From positions 2,720,001-2,784,000 of the forward strand of contig OZ254086.1 in the NCBI GenBank assembly GCA_965267575.1: a stretch of DNA of 64,000 bases. The letters run 5' to 3'. Within the stretch, counting starts at the first letter, position 1. The number at the start of each line of letters is the position of its first letter. The translations under genes were made by a program, and so were the position numbers. The notes beneath the pieces are model-generated. The model was not told where the DNA came from. It did no database searches and was given only the letters and a program-made list of their open reading frames with translations. This document shows, in pieces, positions 55,584-63,697 of this stretch. This stretch comes from Calditrichales bacterium. Lineage in GTDB: Bacteria; Calditrichota; Calditrichia; Calditrichales; J004.

Positions 55584-55960
55584 TGAGCGTTCCTGCGGAT
55601 CTGAAATATACAAAAGAACATGAATGGGCCCGTCGTGACGGAGATGTTGTGACGGTAGGCATAACAGAATATGCGCAGGGTGAACTTGGCGATGTCGTTT
55701 TCGTGGAACTCCCGCAGGTTGGAGATTCCGTGGAAATGGACGATACTTTTGGTACTATCGAGGCCGTAAAAGCTGTGGCCGATCTTTTCAGCCCGCTGAG
55801 CGGCGAGGTCGTCGAAATTAACGAATCGTTATCGGATGACCCGGAAAAGGTCAACAAAGATCCCTATGGCGACGGCTGGATGGTAAAGATAAAAATGAGC
55901 GATGCCTCGCAGTGGGATGAAATGATGAGTGCTGAAGATTATAAAGAGCACATCGGCTAA
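55583..55960 (+). CDS. gcvH: Glycine cleavage system H protein
   Basis: LKYTKEHEW, GDVVFVELP, lipoyl motif IEAVKAV, DPYGDGW. Confidence 0.97.
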   Translation: MSVPADLKYTKEHEWARRDGDVVTVGITEYAQGELGDVVFVELPQVGDSVEMDDTFGTIEAVKAVADLFSPLSGEVVEINESLSDDPEKVNKDPYGDGWMVKIKMSDASQWDEMMSAEDYKEHIG

Positions 55961-55971
55961 ACGGGAGTGCC

Positions 55972-56955
55972 ATGCCAAAGATTCTCATAGCTGATGATAA
56001 CGAGGAAATGCTCGATACGCTGGAGCGTATTTTCGGGTTGTACAATTTTAATGTTATCAAGGCGCTGGACGGTAGCGAAGCGGTAAAAAGCGCCCGTGAC
56101 GAAAAGCCGGACATCATTATACTGGACGGAATGATGCCGGAGATGGACGGCTTTGACGCCTGCCGCGTGTTGAAAAACGATGAGCGCACGAAAGACATAC
56201 CGGTGGTATTTTTAACCGCAAATTATATGGAACTGCGCGATCGCATCAAGGGCCTGGAGCTTGGCGCAGATGACTATCTGCTAAAGCCTTTTAATTCTAA
56301 GGACCTGGTGTTTCGTATTAAGTCAATCCTCAAACGCACGCAGGAAACGCGCGAATTACGGCAAAGCAATCTGGAAATTGTAAACAAAAACAGCGAAGTA
56401 GAAAAAAAACTGGAAGAATTGATCGCGCGGCACCAGTCTGAGCCGATTATTGTTGTTGATCCCACTACGGGTTTGTACAGTCGCACTTTTTTTCAACTGC
56501 GTTTGAACCAGGAGCTTGAACGTTTTTCGCGTTACGGCAACGCGCTGTCGCTGATGTGCCTGATGGTTGAAAATCATCAAAAGCTGCGCGAGAATCTCGG
56601 CAAAATACTTTACAGCTACCTGATTATTAAAATAGGTAACAGCATTCTGCAGCAAATGCGCTCCATTGACCTGGTTTCATATGATGAGGAAAAAGGTTTT
56701 CTCATACTGATGCCGCAAACGCCAAGGGAAGGCGCCGAGGCCAAAATGGATATTTTAAAGGATGCTCTCAGAGAGCGTTCTTATCTGGAAGAAGATGTAT
56801 TGAAAACTCTTGAATTTTCGAGAAAAAAATTGTCTGATATAACAAAACTTTCTTTTTGCTTTGGATTATCTTCAACGGAAGACAGTTCTGTAACGCGGGA
56901 TGGCGAGGCCTTTGTGAATGAAGCGTGCCTGACCGCTGAAAAAAGCAATCTGTAA
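55972..56955 (+). CDS. Response regulator with degenerate GGDEF domain
   Basis: REC intact; DPTTGLY start of GGDEF domain, but the signature reads EEKGF. Confidence 0.85.
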   Translation: MPKILIADDNEEMLDTLERIFGLYNFNVIKALDGSEAVKSARDEKPDIIILDGMMPEMDGFDACRVLKNDERTKDIPVVFLTANYMELRDRIKGLELGADDYLLKPFNSKDLVFRIKSILKRTQETRELRQSNLEIVNKNSEVEKKLEELIARHQSEPIIVVDPTTGLYSRTFFQLRLNQELERFSRYGNALSLMCLMVENHQKLRENLGKILYSYLIIKIGNSILQQMRSIDLVSYDEEKGFLILMPQTPREGAEAKMDILKDALRERSYLEEDVLKTLEFSRKKLSDITKLSFCFGLSSTEDSSVTRDGEAFVNEACLTAEKSNL

Positions 56956-56987
56956 GAAAAAAGCTAAACAGGTTCCGGAGAGATATT

Positions 56988-57719
56988 ATGGCGCATAAAG
57001 TACTTATCGCGGACGACAACCCCCAGGTTTTGAAGCTTTTACAGATCAGCCTGAAGAAAGCAGGCTACGATGTCATTGAAGCTGAAAACGGGGAACAGGC
57101 TTTTGAACTGGCCAATAAAGAAAAACCGGATATCATTATCTCCGATATTATGATGCCACAAATGGACGGCATTGAACTTTGCTGGATGATCCGCGAGAAT
57201 TCTGAGATTCCCATAGTGCCTTTTATTTTCCTTACCTCTTTTGATGATCCGGAAACGGAGATCAAGGGTTTTCGCGCCGGTGCGGACAAATATCTGAACA
57301 AGCCGATTGAGCGCAAGGAACTAATCGAAAAAGTGCAGGAACTTTTGCAGCGTAACGATCAGCTTAAAGACATGGAGAAAGAGAGCAGCGAAAAACAGGC
57401 TTTTGCCGGAGATCTGTCTGACCTTTCGATCGTTGAACTTGTGCAAATGCTAAACCTGAATAAAAAATCGGGCACGCTGAATATCAGCGCCGGGACAACC
57501 GGCAAGATTTATCTGAAAGACGGGCAACTTCATGCCGCGGAATGCGACAGTCTTAACGGAGAAGAAGCTGTTTACAAGCTTGTTGAGCAGGATAAAGGTA
57601 CCTTTAATTTTGAAATTACCGATGTAACCATTGAGCGCAACATAAACAGCTCAACAATGAATGTGATTATGGAAGCCTGCCGTATCATGGACGAAAGCCG
57701 CGCAGGTGATAAATTATAG
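56988..57719 (+). CDS. Response regulator REC + DUF4388 (PATAN) domain
   Basis: REC; GDLSDLSIVELVQML....KSG.L..G.IYLKDG..GEEAVY..GTFNF..MEACRIMDE. Confidence 0.88.
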   Translation: MAHKVLIADDNPQVLKLLQISLKKAGYDVIEAENGEQAFELANKEKPDIIISDIMMPQMDGIELCWMIRENSEIPIVPFIFLTSFDDPETEIKGFRAGADKYLNKPIERKELIEKVQELLQRNDQLKDMEKESSEKQAFAGDLSDLSIVELVQMLNLNKKSGTLNISAGTTGKIYLKDGQLHAAECDSLNGEEAVYKLVEQDKGTFNFEITDVTIERNINSSTMNVIMEACRIMDESRAGDKL

Positions 57720-57739
57720 TGTAAATATTTTGGAAGGAT

Positions 57740-58669
57740 ATGTATAAAATACTCATAACAGACCCTCTCGCGGACACGGCCCTTTCCATATTGGAAGAAG
57801 CGCCGGATGTCACTTTTGAAACAGCCTACGGTCTGAGCGCGGACGAGCTGCGCGACAAAATCCAATCTTTTAATGCGGTCATTATCCGCAGTGCCACCAA
57901 AATTACCAGGGAAATACTGGATAACGCGGAAAGCCTTAAAGCCATCGGACGTGCCGGGACCGGCCTGGATAATATTGATCTGGAAACGGCTGACCGCAAG
58001 GGCGTGCGTGTTTTTAATACGCCTGGCACCAACGCGCCGGCCGTAGCGGAATTAACCATAGGCATGCTTTTCGCCCTGGCCCGCAAAATTGCCGCGGCAG
58101 ACGCCACGATGAAAGCAGGCAAATGGGAAAAGAAAACGATGGGCGGCGGCTATGAACTGGGTGATAAGAAACTGGGTATCGTTGGCTGCGGAACGATCGG
58201 AAAACTGGTAGCTCAAAAAGGTGCCGCTCTGGGCATGGAAATCCTGGTGACCAACCGCTCCGCCGTAAAACTGGACAAGGTTTCTTTTGAGCAGCTGCCA
58301 CTGGATAAGCTTTTGCAGAAGAGTGATTTTGTAACGATCCATTTGCCCAAGTCCGACAAGACAATGAATTACATGGGCAAAGCGGAACTGAAAATGATGA
58401 AAGAAACGGCCTTCCTTGTAAATACATCGCGTGGCGGCGTTGTAAACGAAAAGGATTTGCTGGCCTGTCTGGATGACGGTGTTATAGCCGGGGCCGCTTT
58501 GGACGTATATGAAAATGAGCCGAACTATAACAAGGAACTTGCTGCCCACCCTTCTGTTGTCGCAACACCCCATATTGCCGCATCGACAAAGGAATCGCAG
58601 GAACGTGTCGGCGTTCAGATCGTAGATAAGGTATTGGAATATTTGCGGTCAAAATACATTTTTCTCTAG
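57740..58669 (+). CDS. D-2-hydroxyacid dehydrogenase, SerA-like (short form without ACT)
   Basis: IRSATK, GRAGTGLDNID, GCGTIG, NTSRG, TPHIAAST. Confidence 0.85.
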   Translation: MYKILITDPLADTALSILEEAPDVTFETAYGLSADELRDKIQSFNAVIIRSATKITREILDNAESLKAIGRAGTGLDNIDLETADRKGVRVFNTPGTNAPAVAELTIGMLFALARKIAAADATMKAGKWEKKTMGGGYELGDKKLGIVGCGTIGKLVAQKGAALGMEILVTNRSAVKLDKVSFEQLPLDKLLQKSDFVTIHLPKSDKTMNYMGKAELKMMKETAFLVNTSRGGVVNEKDLLACLDDGVIAGAALDVYENEPNYNKELAAHPSVVATPHIAASTKESQERVGVQIVDKVLEYLRSKYIFL

Positions 58670-58753
58670 TAGAACGGTTAAGCTTGACTTGCCACAGTTT
58701 GACCCGATAAATTATCAGGTTTTAGATATTAGTTTGTTTTTCAGGAGTCTTAA

Positions 58754-59635
58754 ATGTTAGATAAACAATTTTTGTTAAAAGTGGGCCTTGCCGAAATGTT
58801 AAAGGGCGGCGTGATCATGGATGTGACCAACGCAGAACAGGCCAAAATTGCCGAGGATGCCGGCGCCGTTTCCGTAATGGCGCTGGAAAGAATTCCGGCG
58901 GATATCCGTGCACAGGGCGGTGTAGCTCGTATGTCAAACCCCAAAATGATCCGCGAAATCCAGGCTGCGGTTTCTATCCCCGTGATGGCCAAATGCCGTA
59001 TAGGACATTTTGCTGAAGCACAGGTGTTGCAGTCTTTGGGTGTAGACTTTGTTGATGAAAGTGAAGTGCTTACCCCCGCCGATGATGTAAACCACGTTTG
59101 GAAACATGATTTTAAAGTGCCTTTTGTTTGCGGTTGCCGCAATCTTGGCGAAGCTTTGCGCCGCATCGCCGAGGGCGCCGCGATGATCCGCACCAAAGGC
59201 GAAGCCGGTTCGGGCAATATCGTCGAGGCGGTGCGGCATATGCGCATGGTACAGTCCGAGATAAAAAAGATCCAGACACTCGATAACCATGAAGTGGTTA
59301 CCTTTTCCAAGAATATCGGCGCGCCCGTTGAGCTGGTGCAGTACGTGCGCGAACACGGCAAACTGCCGGTTCCCAATTTTGCCGCCGGAGGTGTTGCCAC
59401 ACCCGCGGATGCGTCACTGATGATGCAGTTGGGCGCGGAAACAGTATTTGTGGGCAGCGGCATATTCAAGTCATCCGATCCTGAGGCGCGGGCCAAAGCC
59501 ATTGTACTGGCGACCACCCATTATGACGATCCCGACGTGGTTTGCAAAGCGAGTGAAGCCCTTGGTGAAGCTATGCCCGGCCTGGAAATAAGCCAGATAC
59601 CTGAAGGCGAGCTGCTGCAGAACAGAGGTTGGTAG
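58754..59635 (+). CDS. pdxS: Pyridoxal 5'-phosphate synthase lyase subunit
   Basis: [39 protein letters not shown]. Confidence 0.98.
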   Translation: MLDKQFLLKVGLAEMLKGGVIMDVTNAEQAKIAEDAGAVSVMALERIPADIRAQGGVARMSNPKMIREIQAAVSIPVMAKCRIGHFAEAQVLQSLGVDFVDESEVLTPADDVNHVWKHDFKVPFVCGCRNLGEALRRIAEGAAMIRTKGEAGSGNIVEAVRHMRMVQSEIKKIQTLDNHEVVTFSKNIGAPVELVQYVREHGKLPVPNFAAGGVATPADASLMMQLGAETVFVGSGIFKSSDPEARAKAIVLATTHYDDPDVVCKASEALGEAMPGLEISQIPEGELLQNRGW

Positions 59636-60207
59636 TGGCCCCGGTTGGAATTCTCGCTTTACAGGGTGATTTTTCAAAACATTTAGAGGCTGTGCGCAAA
59701 GTTGGGCGCACGCCTCTTTTAGTCAGAAAAGCATCCGAGCTTGAGAAATGCGAGCGCCTGATTATCCCGGGTGGTGAATCAACGACTTTTCTAAAACTTA
59801 TCGAACGCCTGGAGCTGCGTGAACCTCTTTATAAATATTGTTCATCCCGTCCTGCCTTCGGCACCTGCGCCGGCTTGATTATCCTCGCAAAGAACGTAGT
59901 TAACCTTAATCAAAATCCGCTCGGTCTGATTGATATTACCGTACAGAGAAATGCCTACGGCAGGCAGATTGATTCTTTTGTTGACAAAATCTCTTTTACA
60001 GAAAACCATATATCCGATCCTTTTGAGGCGGTCTTTATACGTGCTCCTAAAATTCTTAAGGTTGGCGAGGATAGCCGCGTGATCGCCCGGCATGGTGAAG
60101 AACCCGTTATGGCCGCGAATAAAAATATCCTGGTAGCTACATTCCACCCGGAATTAACCGAAGATAACCGAATACATGAGTTCTTTATTAACCGTTTTGC
60201 CCAATAA
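59635..60207 (+). CDS. pdxT: Pyridoxal 5'-phosphate synthase glutaminase subunit
   Basis: GILALQGD, PGGESTT, GTCAG, RNAYGRQ, FIRAP, FHPEL; GTG overlaps the pdxS stop. Confidence 0.97.
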   Translation: MAPVGILALQGDFSKHLEAVRKVGRTPLLVRKASELEKCERLIIPGGESTTFLKLIERLELREPLYKYCSSRPAFGTCAGLIILAKNVVNLNQNPLGLIDITVQRNAYGRQIDSFVDKISFTENHISDPFEAVFIRAPKILKVGEDSRVIARHGEEPVMAANKNILVATFHPELTEDNRIHEFFINRFAQ

Positions 60208-60222
60208 AACCCAAAAGATTCT

Positions 60223-60555
60223 ATGAAAGACTACAGCATATTTTTCTGCACCGCGCCCGACCTGAGAACGGCGCAAAAACTTGCCTATCACCTTGTAGGC
60301 AACAAGCTTGCGGCATGCTGCAATATTGTGCCGCAGATTCAATCCGTCTATATGTGGGAAGACCGCATCACCGAAGACGAAGAACAGTTGTTGATTATAA
60401 AATCGGAGACGAATAAGTTTGACGCGATTGAAAAAGTTGTGAAAGAACTGCATCCTTACGACGTTCCCGAGCTTATAGCCGCGCCCATAAGCAACGGCAC
60501 GGCTCAATACCTGCAATGGATAACAACAACGGTGCAATCCGATGAAGATGAATGA
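60223..60555 (+). CDS. cutA: Divalent-cation tolerance protein CutA
   Basis: LAACCNIVP.I.SVY.W, HPYDVPE. Confidence 0.95.
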   Translation: MKDYSIFFCTAPDLRTAQKLAYHLVGNKLAACCNIVPQIQSVYMWEDRITEDEEQLLIIKSETNKFDAIEKVVKELHPYDVPELIAAPISNGTAQYLQWITTTVQSDEDE

Positions 60556-61435
60556 CCATCTCGACAAGTTGCTGGCTGACAATCAGTCCGGATCATATAC
60601 CTTAACACGTAATGTATTCGCGACTTACCGGGAGTATATTACAAACTTTGACAGTGATCTTACCGTTGAGGACATGTTTGATGACATACATCATATGTCC
60701 CGTGTGCTGATCAAGCACCAACCAAATATGGTTTTGCTAAGGCGCACGACCAACAGCCTTATCTCCTTTTTTAAGCGATTACAAAAAGGGGAGCACGGGC
60801 GCGACGAGATCAAACAATCCCTGCTGGAAAAAATTTCCCAGATTGAGCAGGATTTGAACGAGAATCTTAATAATATCGCTGTAAGCGGATCCAAAATAAT
60901 CGCCAATTTTAATAAAGTAATGACAATATCCAATTCAACAGCGGTATCCGAGATCATTAACGCCGCCCATGAATTTAAGCGCAAATTTGAGGTGTTCTGC
61001 CTGCGCAGCGATCCTCCCGGTGAAGGTGCCGCTTTTGCCGAAAAACTGGCTGCGCGGGGGATAAAAACAACGCTGCTGGCAGATTCTCAGGCCGGATTGA
61101 TCATCAACGATATGAACCTCGTCGTGCTGGGCGCGGACAGGTTATATGAAAGCGGCTTTGTCAACAAATCGGGCACCCTGCAATTGGTGCTGCTGGCCAA
61201 CCATTTTAATGTGCCGGTTTACCTCGCCGCCGAAACAACCAAAATTCTCAAGGAAACCGAAAGGTCCATTAAGCTGATCGAACGCGATCCCGGTGAAGTG
61301 CACGAGGAGAAGGAAGGTTTGCAGGTTATCAATCAATACTATGAAACAATTCCGATTGAACTGATCCACAAGGTGATCTGCGAAGAAGGCGTCTATGAGC
61401 GCGAAGAATTTGTCAACTGGTATCTGAAAGGGTAG
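60542..61435 (+). CDS. eIF-2B alpha/beta/delta / MtnA / ribose-1,5-bisphosphate isomerase-family protein (non-canonical)
   Basis: DNQSGS, QPNM, T.S.S, GEG, GADR..GFVNKSGT..LA...VP.Y....K, YE.IP..LI..VICEEG. Confidence 0.8.
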   Translation: MKMNDHLDKLLADNQSGSYTLTRNVFATYREYITNFDSDLTVEDMFDDIHHMSRVLIKHQPNMVLLRRTTNSLISFFKRLQKGEHGRDEIKQSLLEKISQIEQDLNENLNNIAVSGSKIIANFNKVMTISNSTAVSEIINAAHEFKRKFEVFCLRSDPPGEGAAFAEKLAARGIKTTLLADSQAGLIINDMNLVVLGADRLYESGFVNKSGTLQLVLLANHFNVPVYLAAETTKILKETERSIKLIERDPGEVHEEKEGLQVINQYYETIPIELIHKVICEEGVYEREEFVNWYLKG

Positions 61436-61437
61436 CG

Positions 61438-61632
61438 ATGGCAAACGGAATATTTGTCACCGAAATCAAAAACCCGCACGTTATTGATGTGCCGGAAGAA
61501 GTTACAAATAGCCTGAACCTGGAAGAAGGGGACAAGGTCGAGGTAAGCCTGAAGAAAATACGCTCCAAAAGGATGGAGATAAAAATTTCCCGAAATCCGT
61601 TGCGTAGAATATTGGACCTAAAAGCAGAATAA
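61438..61632 (+). CDS. AbrB/MazE-like antitoxin
   Basis: I.VPEEV...LNLEEGDKVEV; stop overlaps the PIN gene start. Confidence 0.7.
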   Translation: MANGIFVTEIKNPHVIDVPEEVTNSLNLEEGDKVEVSLKKIRSKRMEIKISRNPLRRILDLKAE

Positions 61633-62060
61633 TGAAAAAGAACAGCAGCGTTTTCCTCGATTCCAGCGCCTGGCTTGCCGTTGTAGATCCCAACGATCCC
61701 AATCATGAAAAAGCGCGTGAATACTTTAGGCTGATGCTGGAGCGCGGCGCCCGGGCCATTACAAACAACATTGTAATTGATCAGACTTTGCAAACCCTGC
61801 GCAGTAAGTTTGGTACAGATCTGAGCCGCCGCTTTCTGGAGATAATAGACGAAAGCACACTTTCGGTAAACCTGCGTGTGGACTGGATATCGCGCCGTGT
61901 AAGACGATCCGTCATTCAACAATTTCTTAAAAGCTCAAAGAACGAGCTCACCCTGGATCATTTCTATATTTATGAAAGCCTGAAAAGAAAAAAAGCCGAT
62001 TTTGTTTTTACCTTTGATCCTGCCGTCAAACATTTTAAATATCCTATAATTCCCCAATAA
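61632..62060 (+). CDS. PIN-domain (VapC-like) protein
   Basis: VFLDSSAWLA..D.NDPNH..A and FTFD motifs. Confidence 0.8.
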   Translation: MKKNSSVFLDSSAWLAVVDPNDPNHEKAREYFRLMLERGARAITNNIVIDQTLQTLRSKFGTDLSRRFLEIIDESTLSVNLRVDWISRRVRRSVIQQFLKSSKNELTLDHFYIYESLKRKKADFVFTFDPAVKHFKYPIIPQ

Positions 62061-62061
62061 G

Positions 62062-62883
62062 ATGAGCAAGATAATTCTTATTGTTGGCGCCGACAGCAAT
62101 GCTTCTGCAACCGCCCTCCGCCTTTACCGCAGCGGCATTAAATGTATCTTGTGTACGCATCCGCAAAAAATTGATCCCTATTATCATCAAAATTTTTCAG
62201 CGGTTCTGAAGACAGGTCAAAAGCAAATTGACGGCATTTTTGCATGGTCTATCGCTCATTTTATTGAAAACAGTCCGGAGCAGTCCGCAGAAACGGATAC
62301 GATCATTAATCATATTCTTTATGATCGAAAAATCCCGGTAATTGATTTTGCTGATCTCACAAGTCAGCTTCTTTCCGGTGTGGATGGCATTGTGGTTTTT
62401 GACAGCGAAGCCGGCAAAAAGGTTCTGCCTAAAACAGACGGATCACGCAAGCCGATTATTTGTCTGCATACATTTGAAAATACAGGCGCGTGCGATTATA
62501 TAGTTGCCGGAGCCGGAGAGTTTTGTGGACGTGTTTTGTATCCGTTCCTTGATTTTCCCGATACCTTATTGCGTAACAAGGATGATGACTGTCGCGTTTT
62601 GCATGCTCCACGTGAAGGTCTGCTGCTGACGCATAAAAGTGCCGGTGACCGCGTAAAACAAAATGAATTGATTGCTGAAATAAATGATACGGAAATTGTC
62701 GCGAGCGACGAAGGTATCGTAGATGGCGTCCTACCAAGTGGTGTATTAATTGAGCAGGGCAGGCAGGTTGCTGTACTAAGAAAACAGGGATATTTTTGCG
62801 AACATTTATCCCAAAAACATTTTGCCATCGCAGGCGGTGTAATGGAAGCTTTGCATTTCCATTTTGATAAAGAAAAACAATGA
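62062..62883 (+). CDS. Divergent YqeB/EF2563-like (Se-dependent Mo-hydroxylase system) protein
   Basis: N-terminal ASATALRLYRSG, RVLHAP..G.....GDRV barrel-sandwich segment, C-terminal S.K..AIAGGVMEA. Confidence 0.6.
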   Translation: MSKIILIVGADSNASATALRLYRSGIKCILCTHPQKIDPYYHQNFSAVLKTGQKQIDGIFAWSIAHFIENSPEQSAETDTIINHILYDRKIPVIDFADLTSQLLSGVDGIVVFDSEAGKKVLPKTDGSRKPIICLHTFENTGACDYIVAGAGEFCGRVLYPFLDFPDTLLRNKDDDCRVLHAPREGLLLTHKSAGDRVKQNELIAEINDTEIVASDEGIVDGVLPSGVLIEQGRQVAVLRKQGYFCEHLSQKHFAIAGGVMEALHFHFDKEKQ

Positions 62884-62890
62884 ACTTTAT

Positions 62891-62919
62891 TTGACAGAAA
62901 TATTTCATGCCCGTATATT
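62891..62919 (+). promoter_or_regulatory. Sigma70 promoter of tRNA-Lys
   Basis: TTGACA-N17-TATATT. Confidence 0.7.
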
Positions 62920-62941
62920 ACCGATCTATTTTGAATGAGTT

Positions 62942-63014
62942 GAGTCAGTAGCTCAGTCGGTAGAGCAGTGGCCTTTTAAGCCATTGGTCCGGGGTTCGAG
63001 TCCCCGCTGACTCA
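62942..63014 (+). tRNA. tRNA-Lys(UUU), CCA not encoded
   Basis: Acceptor GAGTCAG/CTGACTC; D-arm GCTC-AGTCGGTA-GAGC; anticodon stem GTGGC/GCCAT with loop CTTTTAA; T-arm CGGGG-TTCGAGT-CCCCG. Confidence 0.97.
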
Positions 63015-63024
63015 CGTTAAATTG

Positions 63025-63050
63025 ACCCCGGCATTTTGCCGGGGTTTTTT
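63025..63050 (+). terminator. Intrinsic terminator after tRNA
   Basis: ACCCCGGCA-ttt-TGCCGGGGT plus T run. Confidence 0.9.
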
Positions 63051-63140
63051 GTTTTAGTTTGGTAAGCTGATGCATAGTGCTTATTCCAAACGGCATTTTT
63101 CTATAGCAAAAAATTATAATCATAAAGCGCTTTTAGCGTC

Positions 63141-63169
63141 TTGATAATACAGTTTAATTCTTTTATAAT
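63141..63169 (+). promoter_or_regulatory. Sigma70 promoter for small acidic ORF
   Basis: TTGATA-N17-TATAAT. Confidence 0.65.
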
Positions 63170-63222
63170 TGTGGCCTTAAACAACCGCTAATTCTAATTA
63201 TAAAGAGTGTCAGGAGAGATAG

Positions 63223-63426
63223 ATGAAGATTTATCAATTAAGAGAATATCTGGATGATTTTGATGAACAGGCTGAGGTTTTTGTAACTCTTTACAGCATT
63301 GAAGGCTCACAAGAGATGTATGAAATTACCAGTGCCACGAACAATGGCGGGCATCTGCAGCTTACAATCGACGAAGCTGATTCACATACTGATATTGACT
63401 TTATGGATGCCGATATCGAAGAGTAG
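63223..63426 (+). CDS. Small acidic hypothetical protein
   Basis: SD AGGAG, own promoter, 67 aa with 18 D/E. Confidence 0.7.
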   Translation: MKIYQLREYLDDFDEQAEVFVTLYSIEGSQEMYEITSATNNGGHLQLTIDEADSHTDIDFMDADIEE

Positions 63427-63528
63427 GTGGTTAAAAAATGATCAAAAATACCTGCTTGATGTCGACAAGCTATACATATTTGATCTCGATTATTAGCTAA
63501 GTTCAATAAAAACATCGCGTCTTCTTTC

Positions 63529-63628
63529 TGGCATGTAAGTTGTTCGATAAAGGAGAAGACACGGATGTTCTCCTTAATGGTTTTCAAAGGGACTTGTAAA
63601 GGCCGGGCTTTTTAGTCCGGCTTTTTTT
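63529..63628 (+). ncRNA. Candidate sigma54-dependent GGA-hairpin (Csr/Rsm-like) sRNA, including promoter
   Basis: TGGCATG-N4-TTGT -24/-12-like box; GACA-CGGA-TGTT and CAA-AGGGAC-TTG hairpins; terminator at 63601-63628. Confidence 0.4.
63601..63628 (+). terminator. Intrinsic terminator
   Basis: GGCCGGGCT-tttt-AGTCCGGCT plus T run. Confidence 0.85.
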
Positions 63629-63697
63629 ATTGGTAACAATTTTTTTAAGCTTCCGTAACAGCCCATATATTTGCTCTAAAAATTGCGGGAGGATTCC

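Noticed and set aside
58750..59517. 255-aa antisense ORF over pdxS
   Set aside because: Fully overlaps a certain gene; Ser/Ala/Pro-rich shadow composition.
62604..62619. parS-like TGCTCCACGTGAAGGT
   Set aside because: Four mismatches to the TGTTNCACGTGAAACA consensus and inside a CDS. No convincing parS was seen by eye in the window.
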